Assembly: GCA_038316195.1 (NCBI GenBank)
Contig: JBBQAJ010000006.1
Span: 1-33,560 of the forward strand
Direction of reading: 5' to 3'
Length of the DNA stretch: 33,560 bases
From: Candidatus Saccharimonadales bacterium
GTDB taxonomy: Bacteria; Patescibacteriota; Saccharimonadia; Saccharimonadales; JBBQAJ01
Shown: positions 1 to 7,674 of the stretch, piece by piece
How the letters are laid out: every line of letters begins with the position of its first letter
Numbering within the stretch: position 1 is the first letter of the stretch
Made by a program: the position numbers and the translations under genes
Notes under the pieces: model-generated
Seen by the model: the letters and a program-made list of their open reading frames with translations, nothing else
Told to the model about the DNA's origin: nothing
The model's database searches: none

Positions 1-1
1 G

Positions 2-58
2 GTTGAGTTGACCCCTTATGATCTTACTAAGGGAAGAATCACCTATCGCAAATCATAA
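2..58 (+). CDS. infA: Translation initiation factor IF-1, C-terminal fragment (5' truncated by window)
   Basis: Hand translation VELTPYDLTKGRITYRKS* matches the IF-1 C-terminus; sits directly before rpmJ-rpsM. Confidence 0.93.
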   Translation, partial: VELTPYDLTKGRITYRKS

Positions 59-106
59 TATTTAAGCAGTGTGTCATTCACTCGCAGACAAAGGAGAATG
101 ATCCGC

Positions 107-223
107 ATGAAAGTGCGTGCAAGTGTCAAAAAAATTAGTCCCGATGATAAAATAGTACGTCGCAAAGGACGGATTTACGTTATCAATAAATTGAAGCCTA
201 AGCATAAACAAAGGCAGGGTTAA
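107..223 (+). CDS. rpmJ: 50S ribosomal protein L36, Cys-free (Zn-independent) type
   Basis: Hand translation [38 protein letters not shown]; AAGGAG at 91-96; not in ORF track (too short). Confidence 0.96.
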   Translation: MKVRASVKKISPDDKIVRRKGRIYVINKLKPKHKQRQG

Positions 224-227
224 TAGC

Positions 228-614
228 ATGGCAAGAATTTCCGGTGTAACTATTCCTGACGCAAAACAAGTACATGTAGCTCTAACGTACGTATATGGAA
301 TTGGTCCTAAAACTTCTGCAGATATACTGAAAATTTCCGAAGTTGATTCTACTACAAGAGTAAAAAACTTAACAGATTCAGAAATAAGCCGTATTCAGGA
401 TGTTATAAATGAAAAACTAATTGTTGAAGGTGAACTTCAACGAATTGTTGCTACGAATATAAAGCGCCTTAAAGACATAAATAGTTACCGAGGAATACGT
501 CATAAAATCGGACTACCTTCCAGGGGTCAAAGAACTCGTACCAATGCAAGAACTCGACGTGGTAGAAAGACTGCTGTTGGTGGGTCTCAACCTAAATCAT
601 CATCAAAGACATAA
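228..614 (+). CDS. rpsM: 30S ribosomal protein S13
   Basis: MARISGV...YRGIRH...RGQRTRTNARTR motifs; synteny. Confidence 0.98.
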   Translation: MARISGVTIPDAKQVHVALTYVYGIGPKTSADILKISEVDSTTRVKNLTDSEISRIQDVINEKLIVEGELQRIVATNIKRLKDINSYRGIRHKIGLPSRGQRTRTNARTRRGRKTAVGGSQPKSSSKT

Positions 615-623
615 CGAGGAACT

Positions 624-1118
624 ATGACAGACAATACACCTGCACCAAATTCAGAAGAAGCTCTACCAATCGTAGAAGACTTAAATGTTACTGAAATTTC
701 TAAAACAGTAGATGACGAAACTTCAAAAATTAAACCTAAACCATCAAAGAAAAAGAAAACTAAAAGATCAGTTCCATCAGGACAGATGCATATATTAGCT
801 ACATTCAACAATACAATTGTTACTTTCACAGACAATACTGGTGGTGTATTAGCGTCATCAAGCGCTGGTGCTTGCGGATTTAGAGGCTCTAAAAAAGGTA
901 CAGCTTACGCTGCACAAATTGCGGCTGAAAAAGCTGGCCAAATCGTCAAACAGACATATGGAATGAACAAAGCAGATGTTTATGTAAAAGGTATAGGATT
1001 GGGCCGAGAAGCAGCTATTAGAAGCTTACAAAACATGGACATATCAGTAGACAGCATACGAGACGTTACCACAATAGCTCATGGTGGTGTACGACCCAGA
1101 AAGGCACGAAGGGTTTAA
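624..1118 (+). CDS. rpsK: 30S ribosomal protein S11 with ~40-aa N-terminal extension
   Basis: HILATFNNTIVT, GFRGSKKGTAYAAQ, DVTTIAHGGVRP motifs. Confidence 0.97.
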   Translation: MTDNTPAPNSEEALPIVEDLNVTEISKTVDDETSKIKPKPSKKKKTKRSVPSGQMHILATFNNTIVTFTDNTGGVLASSSAGACGFRGSKKGTAYAAQIAAEKAGQIVKQTYGMNKADVYVKGIGLGREAAIRSLQNMDISVDSIRDVTTIAHGGVRPRKARRV

Positions 1119-1122
1119 TAAT

Positions 1123-1743
1123 ATGGCACGAGATAGAGGTTCTATTGTAAAAATGAGTCGTCGCGAAGGCTACGCATTGCACCCTAAGGCTCATAAAGCT
1201 TTGGTTAAACGTAGTGCAACTCCAGGTCAACAAAATACTGGTCGAGGTTACCGGGCCAAAACAAGTCAATATTCTCTTCAATTACGTGAAAAGCAAAAAG
1301 TAAAAAGACTATATGGATTGTTAGAAAAACAATTTAGCAGTCTCATGAAAGAAGCATCCAGGCGCCAGGGTCAATCAGGTGAAATGTTACTTCAACTACT
1401 GGAACAAAGGGCTGACAACGCAGTATATAGATCTGGTTTTGCCACATCTAGACGTGCTGCCAGACAATTAGTTACTCATGGTCACTTCATGCTTAATGGA
1501 CACCGATTTGACATTCCATCTTTGCGTCTAAAAGCTGGCGATGAATTGGTCGTAAGGGACCACAGCAAAAAAACCGAGTACTTCAAGCGATTAGAAGATG
1601 TAAGTCCAGCTCCAGCCGAATATCCAGGATGGTTAAAAGCTGACCGGAAGAAGCTGTCGATAAGCGTTACCGGTTTACCACTTCGCGCAGAAGCTGAACC
1701 AGATATTAATGAACAACTAATCGTAGAGTATTACTCTCGCTAA
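1123..1743 (+). CDS. rpsD: 30S ribosomal protein S4
   Basis: MARDRG..KMSRREG, QLREKQKVKRLYG, ARQLVTHGH, EQLIVEYYSR; start moved from 1081 to ATG 1123, after the rpsK stop. Confidence 0.97.
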   Translation: MARDRGSIVKMSRREGYALHPKAHKALVKRSATPGQQNTGRGYRAKTSQYSLQLREKQKVKRLYGLLEKQFSSLMKEASRRQGQSGEMLLQLLEQRADNAVYRSGFATSRRAARQLVTHGHFMLNGHRFDIPSLRLKAGDELVVRDHSKKTEYFKRLEDVSPAPAEYPGWLKADRKKLSISVTGLPLRAEAEPDINEQLIVEYYSR

Positions 1744-1762
1744 GCCAAGGAGGCCAAACTAT

Positions 1763-2704
1763 ATGTCAAAAATAATTCACACACCAGGAGTAGTAAAAGT
1801 AGACGACCACACTCCTACGAGCGCTACATTTACTATAGAACCACTTCATACTGGATATGGCATGACATTAGGAAATTCATTGCGAAGAGTACTTTTATCC
1901 TCAATTGCTGGTGCCGCTGTAACTTCGTTCAAAATTGACGGCGTAACTCACGAATTTACATCAGTTAAAGGCGTAAAAGAAGATGCTGTTGATATTATGA
2001 TGAACTTAAAATCAATCAGATTTAGAGTATTCGGCGACGACGTACAAAACTTGAGGATTGTCCATGCAGGCAAAGGCGTTGTTACTGCAAACGATATTCA
2101 AACTAATGCTGATGTTGAAGTTGTGAATCCAGATCAAATCATTGCAACTGTTGATGACGAAAAAACCAAATTTATAATTGATTTAATAGTCGAAACTGGT
2201 CGTGGATATCGAACAATTGAATCAGGCGCAGTCAAAAAACCAAGTGATCACGTAGCACTAGACGCTATATTCACTCCTGTACACAGAGTACGATATAAAG
2301 TTGAAAACACTCGTGTAGGTCAAATGACTGATTTAGACAAACTGCTTATCAGTATTGATACCGATGGTTCTATAACTCCCAGAGACGCATTTGAAGAAGC
2401 TGCAGCAATTTTGGTTAATCAATATACTGCACTTGCTGGGCAAACTCGCGTTGAAGCGTCTGCTCCTTTGACATTAGCAGGTGAAACTTCAGAAGTTAAG
2501 GATTCTGACGAATCTGCCGAACTCATGACTCCCATAGAAGACCTAAATCTCTCTGCTAGAACAACGAATGCTTTAATAAACAACGACATTCACACTTTGA
2601 AAGATTTATTTGCACTTGGTGACACTGAATTACGTGAACTTAAAGGATTTGGAAGTAAAGCGTTAGACGAAGTCAAAGAAAAAATGGCGGAGATGGAGCT
2701 CTAA
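1763..2704 (+). CDS. rpoA: RNA polymerase alpha subunit
   Basis: EPLHTGYGMTLGNSLRRVLLSS; alpha-CTD LNLSARTTNAL...GFGSKAL; AAGGAGG RBS. Confidence 0.98.
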   Translation: MSKIIHTPGVVKVDDHTPTSATFTIEPLHTGYGMTLGNSLRRVLLSSIAGAAVTSFKIDGVTHEFTSVKGVKEDAVDIMMNLKSIRFRVFGDDVQNLRIVHAGKGVVTANDIQTNADVEVVNPDQIIATVDDEKTKFIIDLIVETGRGYRTIESGAVKKPSDHVALDAIFTPVHRVRYKVENTRVGQMTDLDKLLISIDTDGSITPRDAFEEAAAILVNQYTALAGQTRVEASAPLTLAGETSEVKDSDESAELMTPIEDLNLSARTTNALINNDIHTLKDLFALGDTELRELKGFGSKALDEVKEKMAEMEL

Positions 2705-2705
2705 A

Positions 2706-3185
2706 ATGCATCGCCACGGGTACAAAGGTCGTAAATTTAACCGCGAACGCGATCAACGCGAAGCTTTATTGCAGAGCTTGGCAGAAAGTTTGATCATCCA
2801 TGAATCAATAGAAACTACTTTAACTAAAGCTAAAGAAATTGCACCAATAGTTGAAAAACTTATTACCAAATCTAAAATAGGCGATTTACATAACAGACGG
2901 CAAATTATTGCACAGCTGCAAACGGTTGGAACTGCCCACAAATTAATAGACGAGATTGCACCTAAACTGAAAAATCGCAACAGTGGTCATTTACGAATAG
3001 AACGTACTAAATTACGTAGAGGTGATAATGCGCAATTAGCTAGAGTAAGTTTTGTGGATGATCTTAAAGAAGCTCCAGTTTCCAAAAATGCCGAGACTAA
3101 ACTTCAGGCTGTTGATAGTACAAAAGTTAAAAAACCTTCTACAGTAAAAAGCAAATCGATAGTTAAGACGGAGATCAAGAAATGA
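2706..3185 (+). CDS. rplQ: 50S ribosomal protein L17 with Lys-rich C-terminal extension
   Basis: IIHESIETTLTKAKE, RRGDNAQLA motifs. Confidence 0.96.
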   Translation: MHRHGYKGRKFNRERDQREALLQSLAESLIIHESIETTLTKAKEIAPIVEKLITKSKIGDLHNRRQIIAQLQTVGTAHKLIDEIAPKLKNRNSGHLRIERTKLRRGDNAQLARVSFVDDLKEAPVSKNAETKLQAVDSTKVKKPSTVKSKSIVKTEIKK

Positions 3186-3622
3186 AAACTTATTCTGCAA
3201 AACCAACTGACGTAATACGCAAGTGGCACTTAATTGATGCCTCTGAAGCTCCTCTTGGTCGCGTTGCTACTGTTGTTGCAACATTGTTAACCGGCAAGGG
3301 TAAGACGCAGTTTACGCATCATATTGACTGTGGTGATTTTGTTATTATAGTAAACGCTGAAAATCTTGTGGTAACCGGCAACAAGTTAGAAGATAAAAAA
3401 TATTATAAGTACAGTGGATATCCTAGTGGACTTAAAACAACTGCACTTAAAGATTTATTGGCAAAAGATCCTACACAACCTATTTATAAAGCCGTGCGTG
3501 GCATGTTGCCGGTGAATAAATTACGAGCCGAGAGACTAAAAAGACTTAAGATATATTCAGGTGCTCAACATGAACATGATGCACAGAAACCAGAAATATT
3601 ATCAGTGAAAGAGGTTAAATAA
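3182..3622 (+). CDS. rplM: 50S ribosomal protein L13
   Basis: WHLIDA..LGRVA, DCGDFVIIVNA, AVRGMLP; ATGA overlap with rplQ. Confidence 0.98.
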   Translation: MKTYSAKPTDVIRKWHLIDASEAPLGRVATVVATLLTGKGKTQFTHHIDCGDFVIIVNAENLVVTGNKLEDKKYYKYSGYPSGLKTTALKDLLAKDPTQPIYKAVRGMLPVNKLRAERLKRLKIYSGAQHEHDAQKPEILSVKEVK

Positions 3623-4026
3623 TGGCTGAGAATTCAAAACACTACTTTTATGCACTTGGTCGTAGAAAAAGCTCAACAGCAAGAGTCAGGCTTATGAATG
3701 GTAAAGGAACCATAACAATCAATAGTAAACCAGCAAATGAATATTTGTCAGAGAGCAAAACACTACTTCATGAATTAGAAAAACCATTCATAGCACTGGA
3801 AATTCAAAACAAATATGACGTTAGTGCAGTCGTATCTGGGGGAGGACATAGTAGTCAAATAGATGCGATTCGTTTAGGAATAGCAAAAGCTCTAGCAGTT
3901 ATGAACGAAGATCTTAGAAGTACACTTAAAAGAGCTGACTTACTAGGTCGCGACCCAAGAGAAAAAGAGCGCAAGAAATTTGGGCTTAAGGGTGCTCGAA
4001 AACAACGCCAGTTTACTAAACGTTAG
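3622..4026 (+). CDS. rpsI: 30S ribosomal protein S9
   Basis: GRRKSSTARV, GGGHSSQ, RDPREKERKKFGLKGARK..QFTKR. Confidence 0.98.
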   Translation: MAENSKHYFYALGRRKSSTARVRLMNGKGTITINSKPANEYLSESKTLLHELEKPFIALEIQNKYDVSAVVSGGGHSSQIDAIRLGIAKALAVMNEDLRSTLKRADLLGRDPREKERKKFGLKGARKQRQFTKR

Positions 4027-4034
4027 TATAAACT

Positions 4035-4062
4035 TTGACTGTATTGACAATGGTGGTATAAT
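4035..4062 (+). promoter_or_regulatory. Sigma70-type promoter with extended -10 for the aro leader
   Basis: TTGACT 4035-4040, 16-nt spacer, TGgTATAAT 4054-4062; leader ATG 7 nt downstream. Confidence 0.75.
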
Positions 4063-4069
4063 AATTCTT

Positions 4070-4132
4070 ATGTCAACAACTACGCAAAATTGCGCATATT
4101 GGTTTGCTAGCTTTAAAAAGGCGATTGTATAA
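4070..4132 (+). CDS. Putative attenuator leader peptide MSTTTQNCAYWFASFKKAIV (Tyr-Trp-Phe sensing)
   Basis: 20-codon ORF starting at the predicted TSS; tandem TAT-TGG-TTT codons at 4097-4105; overlaps the antiterminator arm GGCGATT 4120-4126. Confidence 0.8.
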   Translation: MSTTTQNCAYWFASFKKAIV

Positions 4133-4156
4133 GTTTAGCATTTAGCAAAACGAAAT

Positions 4157-4181
4157 AAATCGCCAAACAGGCGATTTTTTT
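4157..4181 (+). terminator. Attenuator intrinsic terminator upstream of the DAHP synthase gene
   Basis: AAATCGCC-aaaca-GGCGATTT followed by TTTT; the 5' arm AATCGCC can alternatively pair with 4120-4126. Confidence 0.85.
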
Positions 4182-4197
4182 AATTCAGGAATAATAT

Positions 4198-5463
4198 ATG
4201 TCGATTGAACAATGCATACCATCATCACCAATTTTACAAGAATCATTACGCATAAAAGATGTTCTGTTACCAGCACGCAAAAGAATTGAAGCTGTAAATA
4301 CAATCAATGAAGATCGTGTTCTAAAGAGCATCCGGATTCAATTAGGATACGATTCAGATTTTGCCGATTTGTCTGGACTGATTGATGAAAGAGTTGAAAA
4401 GGTTCCAATGATTACACCTAGAATGGTTGCTGGAGTTCTTCCATTATCAGCTGAGAGTGCAAGAACAACTTTAGAAGCACGAAAAACACTTGCAGACATT
4501 CATAAACATCGTAATTTTAGGTTAGCTGTAGGAATTGGTGAATGTTCTGTTCGTGATCCAGAGATGACGATAGAATATGCAAAAAAAGTTGCAATCTGGC
4601 AAAAACAATTTCCAAATCTTTTTTTGATGCAACGAACATTTTTTGAAAAACCACGCACTCCTAGAAAACTTGGTGATGAAGCACCCTGGAAAGGTTTTAT
4701 GTATGACCCACTTTTAGATGGGTCAAATGACATTAATCTTGGTGTAATTGCAGCAAGAATTATATTATGTACTATTACAAAAATGGGTGTTCCTGCTTTA
4801 AAGGAACAGTTAAATGCACTTACTCCACAGTTTTTAGATGGATTAATTACGCAAGACAATATAGGTGCTAGGAATGTAGGAGACCAGAAATCTATGGAGT
4901 ATGCTTCAGGCACATCAGCGATCGTAGGAGCAAAGAATAATCTTGATGGCGATATTGAGGCAGCAATGCAGGCAGTTGCTTCTGCTCATGGAGAACACGC
5001 TTTTTTGGGAATCGATAATTACGGTAATTTATGTCTAGTGAAAACATTGGGCAATGATACAGCTCATATAATTTTACGTGGAGGCAGCAATGGCCCTAAC
5101 TACGGTAAAGATCACATTCAAGAAGCTCGGGTTTTGGCAGACAAGTATGGTGTCAACTTATCTATAGATATTGATGCTAGCCATGGAAATAGTAACAAAA
5201 TAGCAAAAAATCAAATACAAGTTGCAGAGGACGTTTCAGGGCAAATAGAAGAAGGTGAATTTTCAATAACAGGATTTCAAATGGAAACAAGTTTAGTTGA
5301 AGGATCACAGCCCTTTAAGCTTGGTGAGGCAAAAAACTTAATCTATGGACAAAGTATCACGGATGAAACTCTTGGGATTGCTGATACAGAATATTGTTTG
5401 ACGACACTAAATGAATCAACTGCAAAACGTAGTAAACTAACAATCTCAGATTGGGCAACCTAA
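4198..5463 (+). CDS. 3-deoxy-7-phosphoheptulonate (DAHP) synthase, class I-alpha (AroG/F/H-like), divergent
   Basis: IGECS, FEKPRT, IGAR, GAKN, HIILRGG, DASHGNS, MET, YGQSITD; Cys/His/Glu/Asp metal ligands all present. Confidence 0.9.
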   Translation: MSIEQCIPSSPILQESLRIKDVLLPARKRIEAVNTINEDRVLKSIRIQLGYDSDFADLSGLIDERVEKVPMITPRMVAGVLPLSAESARTTLEARKTLADIHKHRNFRLAVGIGECSVRDPEMTIEYAKKVAIWQKQFPNLFLMQRTFFEKPRTPRKLGDEAPWKGFMYDPLLDGSNDINLGVIAARIILCTITKMGVPALKEQLNALTPQFLDGLITQDNIGARNVGDQKSMEYASGTSAIVGAKNNLDGDIEAAMQAVASAHGEHAFLGIDNYGNLCLVKTLGNDTAHIILRGGSNGPNYGKDHIQEARVLADKYGVNLSIDIDASHGNSNKIAKNQIQVAEDVSGQIEEGEFSITGFQMETSLVEGSQPFKLGEAKNLIYGQSITDETLGIADTEYCLTTLNESTAKRSKLTISDWAT

Positions 5464-6653
5464 TGACAGAGTTAGTTGTTGGTATTCAAGGTGAAAGTGG
5501 TAGTTTTCATGAAGCTGCTGGAAATGAATTCTACACAGATAATGCTGATAGCATTCGCTATGTGCCATTTGCATCGCATGAACTATTACTTCACAATTTA
5601 TTTAACCCTAATAATGAGATTCATGAAGCCGTTATAGCTGTAGATAACAACACTTCTGGTAGAGTTTTAAGTGCAATTAACGCTTTAAGAGAACACCCAG
5701 AAGTTCGTATTATTGGTTCTATTACTTTGAACATAGATCAGCATCTTCTTTTAGCTCCAGGACATGATGAAGCAGGCCTACAAGCTGTTATCTCACAACA
5801 ACCTGCCCTGGACCAGTGCGAAGCTAATATTAAAAATGCAGGCTACAAGGCTATACCATATTACGATACTGCTGCGGCTGCTCGTAGAGTAAGGGATTCA
5901 CGAGGTAGATATCAAGACTTCACTTCTGTTGCTGCAATTGGCTCACGTGTTGCAGGTGATATATTCGGTCTCTCAGTGGGTTCGAAGTTTAACGATATTG
6001 AATATAACGCAACAAAATTTTGGATTTTATCTGATGTTGAAAAAAGTGGTCACGGTAGTCACACGGCATTAACATTTGAAGTTTCAGACCGAGCAGGTTC
6101 ACTGCATCGTGCGATCGGTATATTATCAATGGATTTCGGGTATAATCTTACGGATATTGACAGTCATTTAGCGTCAAAAACAGATCGTAATAGAGCATTT
6201 TTTGCAGAAATTGAGCATGGAGACTCCGATCAGCTAGAGGCTGTAATATCCAAGATGATGGCTGAAGATTTGAACCCACAAGTACTTGGGCAGTACTCAC
6301 CAAAAGGCAGTCCACTAGCTGTTGAAGGTCTGGATCATCATTTACCAGAAGCCCTCAAACATGATGAATGGAGTGGTCGACACGGGTTAAAAAATCCAAA
6401 TGGATCTGCTGTGCTATATGTCGAGACAGATCATACCAGTGGTTCTTTATTTAAAGTACTAGGGAAGCTTGCATCATGTAATCTTGTTGATTTAGGTCGG
6501 CCCACTGTTCCTATAGACCATCAATTTAATAGGGGATTTTACATAGTTATTGATGCAACTACTCAAAGAAATGTCATACAATCAGCGATCGAATCAATCA
6601 GTCAAATGGAAGGTTTTTCGGCAGAAAAAGTAAGTGTTGGAGAGCTAAAGTAA
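5463..6653 (+). CDS. pheA: Prephenate dehydratase (PheA-like) with two ACT-like domains and no chorismate mutase domain
   Basis: QGESGSFHE, QPALDQC, DTAAAA, NATKF (TRF-like); ACT DRAGSL..NLTDIDS and second DHTSGSL..NLVDL; likely start ATG 5463 (TAATG coupling). Confidence 0.8.
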   Translation: MTELVVGIQGESGSFHEAAGNEFYTDNADSIRYVPFASHELLLHNLFNPNNEIHEAVIAVDNNTSGRVLSAINALREHPEVRIIGSITLNIDQHLLLAPGHDEAGLQAVISQQPALDQCEANIKNAGYKAIPYYDTAAAARRVRDSRGRYQDFTSVAAIGSRVAGDIFGLSVGSKFNDIEYNATKFWILSDVEKSGHGSHTALTFEVSDRAGSLHRAIGILSMDFGYNLTDIDSHLASKTDRNRAFFAEIEHGDSDQLEAVISKMMAEDLNPQVLGQYSPKGSPLAVEGLDHHLPEALKHDEWSGRHGLKNPNGSAVLYVETDHTSGSLFKVLGKLASCNLVDLGRPTVPIDHQFNRGFYIVIDATTQRNVIQSAIESISQMEGFSAEKVSVGELK

Positions 6654-7411
6654 TGAGTAAGCAAGAATCAATCGGTATAGTTGGCGCGTATGGTGATTTA
6701 GGGCGACAAATGGCAGTTCAAGCAACTAGCGCGTATTCTGAAGTTTTTCTTTACGACATCCCAAAAGTATCTCCAGTTTCTTCGCTGCAGGGGATAGATT
6801 CTGAACTATCAGCTGAAACATTAAATAATCGTCCACAGATAGCCAACAACCTAGGTGAATTGGTTGAACTTTCTGACATAGTCCACTGGTGTGCTCCTAT
6901 TTCCGGATTAGAGGATTTAGAAAAAATAGATGAAGACACAACATTAATACTACATGATAGTGTTATGCAAAACAGTATTGAGGCAAGTACTGATTTAAAA
7001 CAATGCATAAACGTTTTAGGCACTATTGCGATTGTTCACTGTTTGGTCAATAATCCAAATACCGTCGTAGTTGCATCTGATAGCCTTGGGGCCAATTTAG
7101 CATGGAATCATTTTATAACATTGGGGTTAAGTCCTATTTATAAAACAGTAAAAGAACACGATACTGCAATGGCTCAGAGTCAGGGCGTTTTTGCACTAAA
7201 CATTTTGAGACATTATGCAGATTTGAAACAACTACAGTCTATTGGATTATTAACGCAATCATCGCTGGAATTTCTTCATGCCATGGAAGCGCGTGTTTCT
7301 AGATGGACGCCTGTAACTTTAAAAGCTATTCTAAGTAATCCAGAATTGAATGCTAGCCCACAAGTTACGCTAGTAGAAATTGATGATTTTATTTCTGAAC
7401 ATTATCACTAA
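6653..7411 (+). CDS. Prephenate/arogenate dehydrogenase (TyrA-like), divergent
   Basis: Rossmann IGIVGAYGDLG; KEHDTAMAQSQG matches the TyrA EHDxxMxxxQ motif; TAATG coupling to pheA. Confidence 0.7.
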   Translation: MSKQESIGIVGAYGDLGRQMAVQATSAYSEVFLYDIPKVSPVSSLQGIDSELSAETLNNRPQIANNLGELVELSDIVHWCAPISGLEDLEKIDEDTTLILHDSVMQNSIEASTDLKQCINVLGTIAIVHCLVNNPNTVVVASDSLGANLAWNHFITLGLSPIYKTVKEHDTAMAQSQGVFALNILRHYADLKQLQSIGLLTQSSLEFLHAMEARVSRWTPVTLKAILSNPELNASPQVTLVEIDDFISEHYH

Positions 7412-7494
7412 CTATACAAATTATTACGTTGAAATATATAATAGATGCATAAAGAAATATGAAGTAGGTTTTCTGAACCTATATCCTTCATAAG

Positions 7495-7524
7495 TTGACA
7501 TAGAAATTGACAATGTGATAGTAT
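7495..7524 (+). promoter_or_regulatory. Sigma70-type promoter with extended -10 for the trp leader
   Basis: TTGACA 7495-7500, 18-nt spacer, TGaTAGTAT 7516-7524; leader ATG 7 nt downstream. Confidence 0.7.
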
Positions 7525-7531
7525 TTTAATT

Positions 7532-7621
7532 ATGTCTAAAATATATGGCAATACAATAAACCGATCGATTAGCACGCAAACGACTTGGCAAAACTCTCAT
7601 AACGTACGGGAGTCAATTTAG
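7532..7621 (+). CDS. Putative trp attenuator leader peptide MSKIYGNTINRSISTQTTWQNSHNVRESI
   Basis: 29-codon ORF starting at the predicted TSS; single TGG at 7586-7588; overlaps the antiterminator arm ACGGGAGT 7606-7613. Confidence 0.72.
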   Translation: MSKIYGNTINRSISTQTTWQNSHNVRESI

Positions 7622-7649
7622 TATAATTTAAAATTAAATATCTAAAAGC

Positions 7650-7674
7650 AATACTCCCGTCAGGGAGATTTTTT
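7650..7674 (+). terminator. Attenuator intrinsic terminator upstream of ORF-trpB-trpA
   Basis: AAT(A)CTCCC-gtca-GGGAGATT followed by TTTT; ACTCCCGT 7653-7660 is the perfect complement of 7606-7613. Confidence 0.8.

Noticed and set aside
71-106. Possible hairpin (TCATTC/GAATGA) near the rpmJ RBS
   Set aside because: Only about 6 contiguous AT-rich pairs; not distinguishable from chance.
4070-4181. T-box or other riboswitch as the explanation for the aro and trp leaders
   Set aside because: Leaders are too short and lack the T-box GGTGGNACC motif and stem I; a translated leader explains the structure better.
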